Numbered from the stretch's first letter, positions 11,659-24,330 are shown. The stretch: 64,000 bases of DNA from Rhina ancylostomus (GCA_030265395.1 JARFYF010000001.1:49288334-49352333); one strand, 5' to 3'. Notes: generated by a model from the letters alone, not told the origin. A program made the numbers and translations.

Positions 11659-12374
11659 CTGATATTCACACAAGACCAAATTAATGCATGTATCATTCGA
11701 CATAATTAGCCTTTAGCAACATGAATAGAGCCAACTCGGCAAGAACGTGGGTGTCAAATTGATTATTACTCTCTTATCGCATTTCTCCAGATTAATGTCA
11801 TTGTCACAGTGAGAGCTGAGTCATAAAGTCACAGGTTCAAGTCCCACTCCGAAAGTAAAGGTGACACTCCAGTACGCTAGTGAGCAAGATCTTGCACAGA
11901 GAGAAGTCAGCGGAGCCCAGGACATGCCTCTAAACCTTTAGCAGTTCAGGAAGCTAGAATATATGCGAATTTAATGACCCTGCCAAAACTGATCAGATTT
12001 GAATTCCTGCACAGGGCTGCGATGCCGAGCAGGTTACTGCACCGTCAGCGGCTGCTCTTTCGAATGCACCAGTCTAGTTTCCCAGGAGGACATAAAAAAA
12101 TCGCTTGTCCCTGTGTTGAAGTTAAGCAGGCAATTCATCTCCATACCCTGGCTAATCTTTATTATCAATCAGCATTACTAAAAACAGGCTGTCTCGTTTT
12201 TTTGTTACAGTGATGTTTGTGAAAGTATCTTAGGGGTAAATTGGCCGCAGCGTGGTTGTACACTGCAACCGTGACTACACCTCAAAAGTGCCTCTAAAGC
12301 GAGTGGAGACGCCGTGAGACGTTTGTGAACACAAGTTGTGGGCAGGGCAGTGGCAAAAGAGCCCGGAACATTAC

Positions 12375-12438
12375 CTTGATTCTTTTCCCAAGTCGATCCT
12401 TCCATTTCACGGCTATGGAACCCTCCACCAACAGTAAC
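12375..12438 (-). CDS. FRZB: FRZB exon 5 equivalent (NTR domain end)
   Basis: TAG|...|GTAATG, 64 nt, encoding (R)LLLVEGSIAVKWKDRLGKRIK. Confidence 0.95.
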
Positions 12439-12540
12439 CTATGCAAGAAATTCACAATAAACCATCTCGGTTAGTGGTGAGCGGCTTGAACCGTTAGCGC
12501 TAGGCTCGTTACACAGAAGCGGCCAGTTTGCTCACTGTAC

Positions 12541-12745
12541 CTCGCCCGCTCTTCATCCTCGTAGCCCATGATAACGTACTCCTCGTTAGTTCTGATTTCA
12601 GGGCAGAGACAGGCTGAGCTCGTGTGAAGTGTCACCGTTTCCTTCGGGATGTTCACCAGGGACGATTTCAGAACATCTTTCACTTCCACCGTCGTGGCAA
12701 CGTCGTGGCACTTACTCCTGACCTCCTTCACTTTAGCTCGAATAA
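12541..12745 (-). CDS. FRZB: FRZB exon 4 equivalent (NTR/netrin domain)
   Basis: CAG|...|GTACAG, 205 nt, encoding (V)[67 protein letters not shown](R). Confidence 0.95.
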
Positions 12746-13372
12746 CTGCAAAGAAAAACAAAACTAGTTCCAAACGTAAACACAGTCGCCCAGTCTCAAC
12801 AACAATGAAAGGCTTCGGGACTTTCGCTTTGACGGATCAGCGATCGGAGACGGGTCCGTTCCTCCGCTCTCTGTGGAGCTGTGAAATGACTTCAGTGCCG
12901 GCTGTCTGTAAAACCCGACAGCTATACTGGACCCCGAAATATCGACTGTTGAAGGCCTGAATAGATTGAGAGATTACAGCAACTCTATTACTCAACTAGG
13001 ATTTCCATTGATAAACTGGGGGGGGGGGGTATTTTAACAAAGATGAAATCCGAATGGTAAAAGGAAATATACCCACATATATTATTATTCCCACGTGTGA
13101 CTGGAGTGTTTTGTACGCTCACATTTAATGTGTGTGGCATCACCACTTGGAATATCAATTCTTTAATCTGCATTTTATGCTTAAAGTGCGGATTAGCGAA
13201 TCGGCGTCACGTCTGCATTCTTGAACGGTTGGCACCATGGTTGGCGAAGGTACAAACTGGATTCCCATAGGTACAAACTGGATTCTGGGCGCCTGAGGGA
13301 AGTTGCCGGGCGGGGTTGGATCACCATCCCGACTGCCGTGGGGCGACTCGGGAGGTTGGCAAGAGCACTCAC

Positions 13373-13438
13373 CGTAATTGTAGTTGTTCTTCAGGTAAAC
13401 TTTCTGAGTGAGCTTCAAGGCCGGGCACCTGCAGCTGT
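13373..13438 (-). CDS. FRZB: FRZB exon 3 equivalent
   Basis: CAG|...|GTGAGT, 66 nt, phase 1-1, encoding (D)SCRCPALKLTQKVYLKNNYNY(V); compare FRZB [21 protein letters not shown]. Confidence 0.93.
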
Positions 13439-13959
13439 CTGAGGAGAAAGCAGAGTTGTGGTGAGGTGTTTGCCGAAATGGCCGTATGCAACCCGCCCCA
13501 CAAAACCGCACCCGCTAACTCATTCTCGTTATCGGCAAAGCACTGCCAGTTGACTCGCCAGAGAGAACAACGCTGTTCGCAGTAACTCCTCATCGCCGTC
13601 ATAAACAGCCGCTCATTCCACCTGTGGGGTGTGCAGAAGGCAAGAGCCCGGCTGCGGAACATGGGGCGTTTTCCTCGGGTGTTGTCTGCAGGTGACATAT
13701 GGAGGTTGCTTATGGTGCTGGGTGTAATGTGACTTCCATCTGGATGCATCATATTCCGGGGGCATTGTGGTGGCAGGATTTTATCTGGTAGGCTCATTAT
13801 CATATGGAAGTACAACAGATAAACAGTGAAGGTGGTATGAAAAGCAGAAATAATACGAGAAGTTTATGTAACACAAGGGGAGGTGGGTGCCTGTTTAACC
13901 GTTGGCGTCCTTGGACGGTGTCACTTCATATGGCCTGTGAGAGGTTAAACTGGCGTCCA

Positions 13960-14340
13960 TCCATTACCAAAAACATTGATTCCTTCTACCAGAGGCGGAT
14001 TGTGGCCGCAGCCTGTACAACACCTTCCACAACACCTTCCACAAAATATCCTGCAGTTAAGAATCTGTGCTATTCCGACAGCACCTCCCAAACTCGCAAA
14101 TTCTATATCAAAAAGGACAGGAGCACTGGTGCATGGAAACCACCGCCACCTTCTGGTTCCCCTGACTCAAGTCGCACCCCACCCTGACTTGGATATTTAT
14201 CGCCATTCCTTCATTGTCGCTGGCTCCACAGCCTGGAGCTCCCTGGCCAACAGCCCAGCAGCGCGCACCTGAAGGTTTGCATCGGTTCAAAGCAGCAGCT
14301 CACCGCCACTTTCTCGAGGGCAGTCAGGGGTGGGCATTCA
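13960..14340 (+). mobile_element. CR1/L2-group LINE 3' remnant in FRZB intron (same family as 47800-48850)
   Basis: Shared blocks gacagcacctcccaaac, ctgacttgga, tggaactccct and ctcaccgccactttctcgagggc. Confidence 0.7.
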
Positions 14341-16091
14341 CGCCCACTGGCCGGCAACTCCTTCCAAAAGGTCTCCGTTCACCAGATCCCTCTGACCCAA
14401 ACCCGCGGTACAATTCTAAATAAGTCTGGAGCAAGCTCCTCTGTGAACATAGCAACTTTAAATTTAAACAGAGGACAATTCTTAAACACTACTCTCAGCT
14501 GGCATACTCTTACTTAAAATTGGACAGTGCGCAAATGGGCTTATCTCTATTCCAAACATCCACAGAGTGGTTCCAACCCCACCCCAATTTCCCTTCACAG
14601 AGCCAGCTTCCTTCCATTTTACGGATGGGTTCTGCCCTTATCTTCCCCTCTGTCACTCCCTTTTCCTCGTTGGCAATTTGCCTCCTGGGTGTGTACCGCT
14701 CCTGCCACCCGGCTGCAGCTCCTATCTCTGGTGACTGCCGCTTATCTTTCGCCCCTTCGCGGAGTGCACTCTGTGCTGCAGGCCGGCAGGAAGCCGTGAT
14801 TTATTGGGAGGCCAAGAATTACTGGCTGCACAGAGTCTGCGCCGGCAACAGAACAGCAGCGCCAAGTGGCAGCGCCGGGAGTAAGGACGTCAGTAGATGA
14901 AGCTCGGGGCAATAAATCTGCTATTGTAGCGCTCCCACAGCTGATTTGTGTCCTCATGAAGTAAAAAGTGTATCCATTTACACAAACAAGGGCCTCCCTG
15001 ACTATTCTGCTGGGGACGCTTGTTTAATGCTGAAGGTCGCACAGGGGCATGGGGGAGTGTTCATCTTTTAAAGTTTCAGTAACCCTGACCCCGGCTACCC
15101 TGCCTGTTCCCACATCTCTGTCCCGCTCGCTTTCTCCAGTCTCTCCGGCGCAGTCTCAAACGTTGAGACGGTTTCTGCTTTGATCACTGACACAGCAGGC
15201 TTTGTTGCAAAGCCTTGCATTATCCGGGAAAGAAAGAGCACTGCTCCCTGTCGCTCATGCAATCTTGCATCTGTGGTTCCATTCCTTAGATATTTACGTT
15301 CGATTACTGTGGACATGCTAAAGAAATTCAGCAAGGCTTGGTGACTGCATCAGATGTGATCGCTCTTTAAATCATTGCAAATCAATGACCAAAATAACTG
15401 TTTTCAATAACTGGGGAGCTTCTGGACGCCGACCTACCAGTTTCAGTGAAGCGCATTGGAAAAACAGACTTTGCACATTTTGCAGCATTTCACCCCTGCA
15501 GTTTTCCGCTCAGCGCCTGTACAGATACACCCCTGACTCTTGGGCGTTTTGGGAGAGGGTCAAGTGGGCCCCATTCAGTCTTGACGGTGAAGGTAGACTG
15601 ACTTCCATCGTGTTATGGTGAGCGACGTGACGTGCATCGCCTGATGCGGCGTGGTAGCTCCTTTCCTGCTCTACAATGGCCATGTAAAAATGTCTCCGGT
15701 GAGATGATTGGTGTGGTGTTGGTCGAGGCTACCAACTGGCACTCCAGTCGCACTCTATTGTTGGTCTCGACAGCGATCACAACTTTAATTTAGTGCTAGT
15801 ATTATAGCGCAGCGGTATAAGCGTCAAAGGGCCTGATTTAGTTTAGGCTAATTTTTAACTTTTGATACTGGGTAGAAAATATTGCATGACGGTTGTATGA
15901 CAAATTATTCGTCGAACGCCCTTCACTGCACGCCACATGCTATGCGCTACCTGGCGGGGCAACGAGCTCAGAGTCATTCAGCTCACTGATCGATGTTCGA
16001 AGATGCTACGTACAACATGTCTGTTCCTGTCGTAACCCACCGCCTCCTTCACCCAGGATCCTTATCCTTCGCGTCCTCGCAGTGTGTGATT

Positions 16092-16116
16092 AACAACAAC
16101 AACAACAACAACAACA
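16092..16116 (+). repeat. (AAC)n microsatellite
   Basis: aacaacaacaacaacaacaacaaca. Confidence 0.9.
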
Positions 16117-16399
16117 GTGCTTGGGTAAAGTTATGCGAATTGCTGGAAATCTGAAACAGGACGCTCAGCAGAACCGGCAGCTCGTGGAGAAAGAGAAACA
16201 TTAACTTTGTAGGTCGGTGGCCTGTCAATTGCTTCTGCCGGCAGGTCTTCCACCCCAAACTCTCTCCCCCCGGCTGCTGCCCGACTTGCTGAGTGTTTCC
16301 AGCATTTTTGTTTCATTTCAGTAATTAACTACCTCTCGCAGTTATGTGGACTTGATTGACATTAGTCTGAAGTCAAACCCTCTGATCGCCAGCCTATAG

Positions 16400-16890
16400 A
16401 ATGTGAGGGCGCAAAAAGATTCACCAGGATGTTGCCTGGAATGGAATGTTTCAGTTCTGAGGAGAAATTTGATAGGCTGGATTTGCTTTCCTTGAAGCGT
16501 AAGCGACTAATGGGACCTGAAAAAGGTGTGTGTATTAAATTATATATAAAACATGGGGGCATAAATAGTTCAGAGAGTAGGAAACTTTTTTCCCCATTGC
16601 AAAGGCGTATTCAACTAGAGGGCATGGATTTGGGAGTCAAGTGGTTTAGCGGGGACAATGAAGATTTTCTTCACCCAGAGGGTGGTTGGAATCTGGACTG
16701 CATTGCCCGAGTGGTTGGTGGAGGCAGGTACTCTCAAATTATTTATTAAGTATCTAGATTAACGTTTGAATCGCCAACACATACAAGACTACGGACCAAG
16801 TGCTCGTAAATGGGAAAAGTTTAGATGGGTTCTTGATGATTGCTATGGACACGGTGGTCCAAAGGGCCTGTTTCTGTGCCGTACGACTCT
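16400..16890 (+). mobile_element. CR1 LINE 3' end in FRZB intron 1
   Basis: QKRFTRMLPGMECFSSEEKFDRLDLLSLKRKRLMG, then the typical tail gggcctgtttctgtgccgtacgactct. Confidence 0.85.
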
Positions 16891-17850
16891 ACCACTGATT
16901 ATCAATTGTCATTCAGAATGAATTACTCTTACTGGGATTGATGCTTATTCAACAGTGTAAACATCTCTTGGTTGACCAAATTAATTTTTAAGAAATAAAA
17001 AGTCCCTGTTTTACTTTCCCTCCGCATCATTGATGGTGGCACTTCGCAAAGCTGACAAGGGAATGTTTTTATTGCATACTTGGACATGCGTGTAGCCAGG
17101 TGCAAGTTCAACGAAGTCTAAGCGTATTGTGCATNNNNNNNNNNNNNNNNNNNNNNNNNNNNNNNNNNNNNNNNNNNNNNNNNNNNNNNNNNNNNNNNNN
17201 NNNNNNNNNNNNNNNNNNNNNNNNTCTGGAACTGTTTCTTGAAAAACAAAAGTAGCTCAGTTACATACTTAAAACATTTTGTTGAGCTCCTGCCTTACTT
17301 GAAAATATGATAAAAGGCGGCAACATTGTTCAAAACGTAAGGCGCATTTTTGGTAAATGAAATAAATCACGTCGCGCTTTGTCTTTAACTATCAGCATTA
17401 AATATGATGGACTAATTTCTTCGCCTGTTAAACATCTGTAAGGAGAGGACTGTGAAGCCATTTGTATGTAAATACCATGGACGATTTTGTTTCTATTGCT
17501 CTTTTATAACATTTCTAAAGCACCGTCCTACAGCAGTTAATATAACATATGCTAACGGTTACTCATTACAAATTAATTAATGTTCGGTTTCATCCCCCCT
17601 AAATAATACAGGATATTTGACATTTTAATGCCAATTGGCACACCTTTACAACGACTGGCTCACGGCCACGTTATTTTAGTTGGAAAAGTTCGCAACGATA
17701 GGAAATAGTTCTATCCATTTAGTGGATCGGGGGTTTATTTTCCATAACCGGAGAACAAAATTCAATAGTATGCCCTACTTTTGAAATCCATTGCAGTGGG
17801 CTTCACTCAGCGGGACTTGCATTGAACTGGTGAATAATTGTGGAACTCAC

Positions 17851-18310
17851 CGGGTGCATCGGCTGTTACAATGGCTTCGGGGGAGATGCAGACCCCGCGG
17901 TCGTACACGGGGAACTCCTCGCAAGCGAGGTTCTCCGGCCAGGTATGGTTATACCTTCTCATGACGGGCTCGCAGCCATCCCTCGCCCTCTCGCACACCG
18001 ATTTACAGGGCTTGATGGGCTCGTGTTGAAAGTCGATGGTGCAGATCGGCGCGTACATCGCGCACAGGAAAAAGAGCAGCACGGGGCTGCAGTTAATGCC
18101 CACCAAGCCCTCGTACTGCTCAATGGCCAACACGGCGTTATCCTGGGTGCTATGGTGCAGATGGTTCGGCATCTTCGTCATGTTCCAGGGCATGGGTTTG
18201 CACATCGGGATCCGGATGGGTTCGCAGGCAGCGGCTTCCACCACGCGAACCAGACCCAGACTCAGACAGCTCACCCATAAGAAGACAGAGCTACCTCCAA
18301 GTCGAAGCAT
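17851..18310 (-). CDS. FRZB: FRZB (secreted frizzled-related protein 3) exon 1: signal peptide plus Frizzled cysteine-rich domain
   Basis: ATG at 18310 and a hydrophobic leader. [68 protein letters not shown] has ten CRD cysteines and the FRZB-type TIDFQHEP. Donor CCG|GTGAGT at 17851/17850, phase 1. Neighbouring NCKAP1 supports FRZB over SFRP4. Confidence 0.97.
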
Positions 18311-18680
18311 CGTAGAAGCCCGGGTGTTTCACTGGCAGTTCGATTAGTACGGTATTTCTGCCGCTGGCGAGATCTGAAAGCAGGTTTGAGGTGCTCAGCC
18401 CTGCTTTCTGGGCTGCGAAGGGACTGTGCTCACACGCGGGCTGTCGCTCTCCTTCCCGCGTGGGACTGACCAGAGCTNNNNNNNNNNNNNNNNAATCCTT
18501 GTGTCTTACTGACCAGTGCGCCCTCCTTCCCCCAACCCAGCCGGCTTATGAGTGCGCTTACATCACCAGCCAGAAAAACCAGGCATTTTTATCACGTTTC
18601 CAACAGCGGCCATGTGACGCGACCCTGCTCTCTGAAAACAGAACACCAATCAAATGACTGAAAGTGTACACCTATAGTCG
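18311..18680 (-). promoter_or_regulatory. FRZB: FRZB 5' UTR and proximal promoter
   Basis: CpG-rich. TATA-like GATAAAAA (minus, 18593-18586), E-box CATGTG at 18611-18616, CCAAT at 18646-18650. The transcription start cannot be determined. Confidence 0.55.
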
Positions 18681-21600
18681 TGAGCAAAGTCTATTCGTCG
18701 TGGGTTTTGGTGGGCAGATGGGGATCGTGTTAATAATCACTTGGGGCACTGCGTTCATTTAGTTTACGATCAATTCTGGTGTTCTAACTTTTTAATGAGC
18801 TTGAGAAAATAATGTGCAGATATTTAAAACAACCCGAGTTTAAAGATCCTGAAAAAAATACATAAAAATGCCCTCTTTAGCAATTTTCTGCAGCCAGATG
18901 GCAGAAACAAGTTCCTAGTGTAAAAATTAAACACTTATCAAACTAAATGAAAGGGAGTTAGATTTAAAATTCGGGCTAGTTAAACATCGTTGCTATTGTT
19001 GCCTGCAAGTTACATGAAGTTGTTTTTCATACTTAGAGCTTGGAGGATAAAGGAGGAAAATATCATCTAGGCACCGTGAAAATGGATTGATAGGTCGGTT
19101 ATCAAGATGAATTTCGATCTTAAATGCGCCAATGATTAATATTTTAAGTAGATTCGTGGGAGAGTTAAAAGCAAAACTGGAAAGTGAACAGTGTGTGCAC
19201 ACCTCGGATCACTGCGAACTGTCGAGTCCCTGAGATTCAACCGATGGTGGTTGGGTTTCTCTTTTCGGCATTTTACCGGAGGCTAGTGAAAAAGGTTTTA
19301 GAAATGCCTAAAAATGCATGGGTTCTGGTTTACCACATCAGCGAGCAACACGGGGTATTGTGAACAATAATGCATTAAGTAACGTACACTTTTTCTGTTT
19401 GTCTGTGTTGACTTTGAAACTTTCTCCGTCGATTCGTAACATGCGATGGAATTATGTTTTAATGGGAGTAATGCGCTTTTTGCACAGCCGATCAATGTGG
19501 AAGCTAAATAATTGTAGTGCTTTGTTGCCCAGACACCGTTCCCATTTGACAATGTACAGTTCTGTGGCGTTCGGGTTCTTACAGTTTTTAGATGGAACTA
19601 CTGAGGTTTCTTTCCCCGTGGATGGGATGACATGTCTCTGAATTTTGTTTTGATAACTAACCCTTGTGACATTTCTGTTAACTCGTATTAATCACGTATA
19701 TTGTATTACCATCGCCGAATTACATTGAGCTTTCTGTATAGACAGGGCGTCAATAGTTTAAATCTCCGCCGACCACGCTATCCACATCAGTACAAAGAAT
19801 TAAAGTAATAATTGCAAATTAAAAGTATGTTCACAAGGATCTGCCAAATTGATAGTGGCCCAGTTCACTTTTTTAACTTCAATATTGAAAGAATTCCATT
19901 GCATATATGGAAACTAATACTTTCTCAACTGCGTCTTTCCGATGTAAATTTGCAGGTAAATATAAAATTATCACAAGTTAATAAGCCATTGTGGGTGAAG
20001 GGCGCTGTTAAAGCCATCTGATTTAATAACATTGCTTTTTGGTGTTCTGGGTATGTTCCATATACCATGAAACAGCTAAATGAATTGAATATGCTAAAAT
20101 AGAATACGTGTCTGGTAGAGTGGCTTACCGACTTTCTTTATTCCTAAATGCAAGTCATTACTAGTCCTACTTCCTTCCTGGTTATGTAATGATCTGGTGA
20201 AAGTGTGCCTAAATAAGGTATCCTGTAAGTATGTGCTCTGCTTCTTTCTCTTGCATCGCCTGATGCATAATGGTAAGTTCTTTGAGAAGTCCCAGGAGAT
20301 TCCGTTTTCAGTGGACACAGCTGAAGGAGGAAATGTGGTGTTTGGGAAGCACAAATGATTCCACTTAGTTGGCACGTTTCGCTTGCTTTGGATCAGGCTA
20401 CTAAATTGTAGACATCTCATAGACCTACTCTATGTATTAGATATAACACTTTATAGAGGGAATGGATAAACNNNNNNNNNNACTCTGCAGAAGCATACTT
20501 CCTTGTATATCATAGAGCAGCACTGTTAGCAGCAGATATGGATACGTTTGTGGGCCACACTATCCCATTCTTCCATTCACCAACAGCTGTAAGGCATTAA
20601 TTTAGAAGGAAGTGGGTATTGGCATAACTCCTGTTTGGACAGTGGCTTTACCATTTATGTTGAGCAGAAAAAGCAGCTTTGTCTTAGCATTAAGTTTACA
20701 GAACGATTGGCCTTAACCGATTTCTGTCAGAAACCTTAAATGTGATCTTTATCCAATTTCTATTTAATTCTAATTGAAATGGTGACCTTATTTTACTTGT
20801 AGACAGTGGTAAGAGTTCCTATCACTAGTTTACTAAAGCCTTTGGTACCTTGAAATAAAATACCTTAAAAACAGAGAGATGCATTTTAAAATCCTAAAGG
20901 TCCCCCAGTTAGATTTTCATTTCATAAAATGTTTTACTAACAGTATTTTCTGCAACTTGCTGCAAGGTTAGGTTGATAAAGTGACCTTTATCCTTCTCAA
21001 TTATTTTATTTTCGTCATTGAGTTTTTTATATCTGCATCCCATTTTGTTTTAACTTTGCTCTTTGGTCTTCGTTCTTGTATTTTTCCCCTTTTTCACTTC
21101 AGAATTTTTTTTGTGCCTTATGAAAGGGATGCTAATTCTGGGAGATGGTAGGTGCCACCCTTTTAGACACAATCTCAGTATTCTGTAGTCCCAGTGACTA
21201 ATATAATCTTGGTTCATTCTGGTTCAACAATGTACCTTAGTTATAGAAATGCTTGAGAAAAATACACATGAAATATAGTGATCCTTGTCTAAGCAAATTA
21301 ATGTCTGTTATTCTTTAATTAGTTTTGCATGGCAAATCTAGACTCAACAGAAATCAAATTGAAATTCTCTAACCTTATTTCACTGGGGAGATGTGCATTT
21401 TAGATGTAACTATGTTTCATTGACCTAAATTAGTTTCATATCATGACCCAAAGGGAAAACATCAAATTGCTGCACAGGTCATTGGCTTAGTGAATTACAC
21501 AGTTCCTGCTCTCGTTATCATTTGAAGTAAGATAGATATAACTAAACAGATTAAGGACAATGAGGAAGGGTGCAGGAAAGTGAATAGCAGACTTTTTATG

Positions 21601-22809
21601 GAAGGTTTGCTTTTTAGCAGCTCCTGGTATATGTCAGAATGGAAACAGCAAGCCTACCACAGTCAATCATAATTGAAAATTTGGGAATGTGGAAAAATTG
21701 GATGTGCAGCAGAATTAATTTAAGGGGTCTGAAGAAAGGAATTGGTTCAGATTACTTCTGGATACATGAGTAAAACTACTGATAGATACTGTGGGAATTT
21801 AGATTGCTGGACAGAGCAAATTCAATTGCATTACAAAAATGTATCAGAGGCTTGAATTGGGCAATGGAGAATAGAAAAAAATTAGAGGATCCACCAGTAT
21901 TGCAATTAATGGTGATTCTGATAGATCAGGAAAGGAGAAAACAACTCATCGTTTAGGTACAGGTCTAATTATGTGGCAGCAAGCTACTAGCAGATATTCT
22001 GATTTCCACCCCCCCCCTTGTAAATAGCCTGGCTTTAATGCAGTGAGAATCCCAGAGTGTTTATTTTATATGAAAAATAATAATAGATCACAAATATCCA
22101 TTTCCCCTTGCATTTGGAAAAGCCACGTCAGGCTCCAACGATAGAGTAAACTATTGCGAAAATTTAACTGTGTACCTGCTGCACATGTTACATTGTTTGT
22201 AGTTTTGTAGGTTAGTCATTTCATATTAAATTCCATCCAGACAATTTTAGATCAGGAAACCTTGTTGTTAGTGTGCTATGGGCATCAGATTGCTACCAGG
22301 ACACAACTATGGGTCAGGTTGTGGCACTGATGTATTGGTAATTAAATTATAGCATCCACTGGAAGTAGTGCACTGAGCAGTTAGTGATGTGCACTTTGAT
22401 TTGAAACCCTGTGTTGCCAAATGGATCCCTATGCTCCAGCTTAAGCTCATTGTTAGCTTCACACAGGTGAACATACATTTAGCAGCAGCAAGCACCTTCC
22501 TTCTGTACTATTTAAAAATTTCATTACCTATTTTGGAGTTAATTTGTAATTCATTTCTTCTAGCTGCTGTTATGATTTTAGAAAGGTTTGGTATTTCCTC
22601 ACTATCAATAGTGAACGGCTCAAGCTTGGGTTGCAGGGAGTTGTTTGCCATGGACTGAAGGTCTTTATCTTGATTTTGAATTCTGTACAAATTAGTTGAG
22701 CCCAGTAGACATTCCCTCGGAGTCCCTCACAAATGGGAGATTAAACAGGCAGCACACAGGGAAGAGGCTGCTGGAAATGGAAGGTGACGGAGAGGGAGAG
22801 ATGTTCTCA

Positions 22810-23410
22810 ATAGGAGACCATATCTACCCAGGGTGATGGGGCAATTCATCTATTTGAATCTCAGCAAGGAATATTGTGTGGAGTGTCTGCACTTCAGTGA
22901 GGCCGTATCTCTGAGCAGGTGCAGGAGAGCTTTGGCAGTGCCTTATCCACATCACCATAGCCATGAACTAGTATGAAAGACCCTTCAGGCTGGAGTTAAA
23001 GATATTTGCAATATTTCACAGTTCTTTGGTACTCTGACGGGCTCATTTTCCAGAGAGTGGAATACAATTCATTACCCATTGTAAGGAACCAGCAGGACGA
23101 AAGCATACACACCTTCATGACGTGCAGAGGCTTCCCCACCGTGCAGCATGCCAGTGCCTACACACTCATTGCTTTGCAAGTATTACATGTGAGAATTGAT
23201 GTTCACTGTGAGCAGAAGGAATTCAACTCCGTCAGTGTTCAGCTGTTGCGTACAGACTGCGAGCCATCCACATCACTGTTATCCTGGCAACAGTCATGCT
23301 GCCTTCATTCTGTGGCTATCCACTGTACCATCTGTGTATGTGCAAATGTAACAAACAGTTGGATGAGTACTGGTTAACAATGGCTATCCACTGTTGAAAT
23401 GGTGTACGCT
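22810..23410 (+). mobile_element. Fossil PIF/Harbinger (HARBI1-like) DDE transposase
   Basis: RPYLPRV..YLNLSKEYCVECLHFSE; GFPTVQHASAYTLIALQ resembles GFPxVQGAIDCTHVAL; QKEFNSVSVQLL resembles RKGFHSLNVQLV; YPGNSHAAFIL resembles PGSxHDAFIL; LVNNGYPLLKW resembles LGDxGYPLxxW. Frameshifted, with catalytic Asp residues lost. Confidence 0.8.
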
Positions 23411-23754
23411 CTGAAACACCAGGGCTGCACTCTCTATGGCTTCAGTGGCTGAAGGACTCGCCCCTTTCTCCCGAGCACAACACAAAGGCTCTTCTCAGAG
23501 CCACCCACCGCCTCACAGACGGAGCAGTGACCCGGCAGCAAGAATTGATTGAACTTTTAACTATTTGATTTCGGTTATTGCTGTATTGAGAGTTTAATCT
23601 CGAGTTCACTGTAGATTACTGTGATCATTTTAAACGTGCACCTGCGGCTTTGTTNNNNNNNNNNNNNNNNNNNNNNNNNNNNNNNNNNNNNNNNNNNNNN
23701 NNNNNNNNNNNNNNNNNNNNNNNNNNNNNNNNNNNNNNNNNNNNNNNNNNNNNN

Positions 23755-23857
23755 CAAGCAGGCTGGTATCTCTCTCTCTTGTTCAGACTGACTCCAACTG
23801 GTTGTTGCAACAACAGCATCATGACGTTCTTTATCTTCTGTTGACATAAGCACGCCC

Positions 23858-23888
<31 letters not shown>

Positions 23889-23926
23889 TTAAAGGAACCT
23901 CACTAATTGTAACCTAGTCCGTAACA
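23755..23926 (-). mobile_element. LTR family copy 2 (5' part, adjoining gap)
   Basis: Reverse complement begins TGTTACGGACTAGGTTAC, then (GT)n and gtcagtctgaa...ccagcctgcttg, as in copy 1. Confidence 0.8.
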
Positions 23927-23934
23927 AAAGTATT

Positions 23935-24330
23935 TTTCATTTGATGCCCATTACCAGGGCTCCTCCATGTCACATAGTCGAAAGCTGCCTTGATATAAAG
24001 GGCAGTCACACTTCCCTCAAGTCTGGAATTCAACCCTTTGGTCCATGTTTGGACCAAGGCTGCGATAAAGTCTGGAACCAAGTAGTCCTGGTGAAACCCA
24101 AACTAGGCATCAGTAAATAGGTTATTGGTGAGTAAGTGCCACAATAGCATTTTGGAAGACAGATTCCATCACTTTGCTGATGACAGATAGTAGACTGATT
24201 GGGTGGTAATTAAATAGATTGGATTTGTCCTGCTTTTTGTGACCTGGCTATACTTGGGATATTTTCCACATGTTCGGGCAGATGACGGTGTTGTAATTGT
24301 ACTGGAACAATTTGGCTAGAGCCATGGCTT
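23935..24330 (-). mobile_element. CR1/L2-group LINE reverse-transcriptase fragment
   Basis: Minus translation FGFHQDYLVPDFIAALVQTWTKGLNS..TALYIKAAFD matches RT QxGF and DxxxAFD motifs. Confidence 0.75.

Noticed and set aside
13250-14045. Short tandem duplications (ggtacaaactggattc x2 at about 13250; caacaccttcca x2 at about 14020)
   Set aside because: Ordinary slippage duplications in intron or LINE sequence.
15432-15500. VFPMRFTETG|GTAGGT as diverged FRZB exon 2
   Set aside because: No in-phase acceptor before an upstream in-frame TGA; the FPM match is probably chance.
16131-16155. Acceptor tttcag|ATTTCCAG (DFQQFA*) as FRZB exon 2
   Set aside because: Stops after six codons, has no donor, and matches the tgctggaaatctgaaa repeat motif seen elsewhere (e.g. 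about 32000).
17807-17850. ORF track extension [14 protein letters not shown] suggesting a CRD-only protein
   Set aside because: Simple read-through past the consensus GTGAGT donor; no evidence for intron retention.
17840-18280. 146-aa plus-strand ORF antisense to FRZB exon 1
   Set aside because: Shadow ORF expected from GC-rich codon usage on the opposite strand; no recognisable domain.
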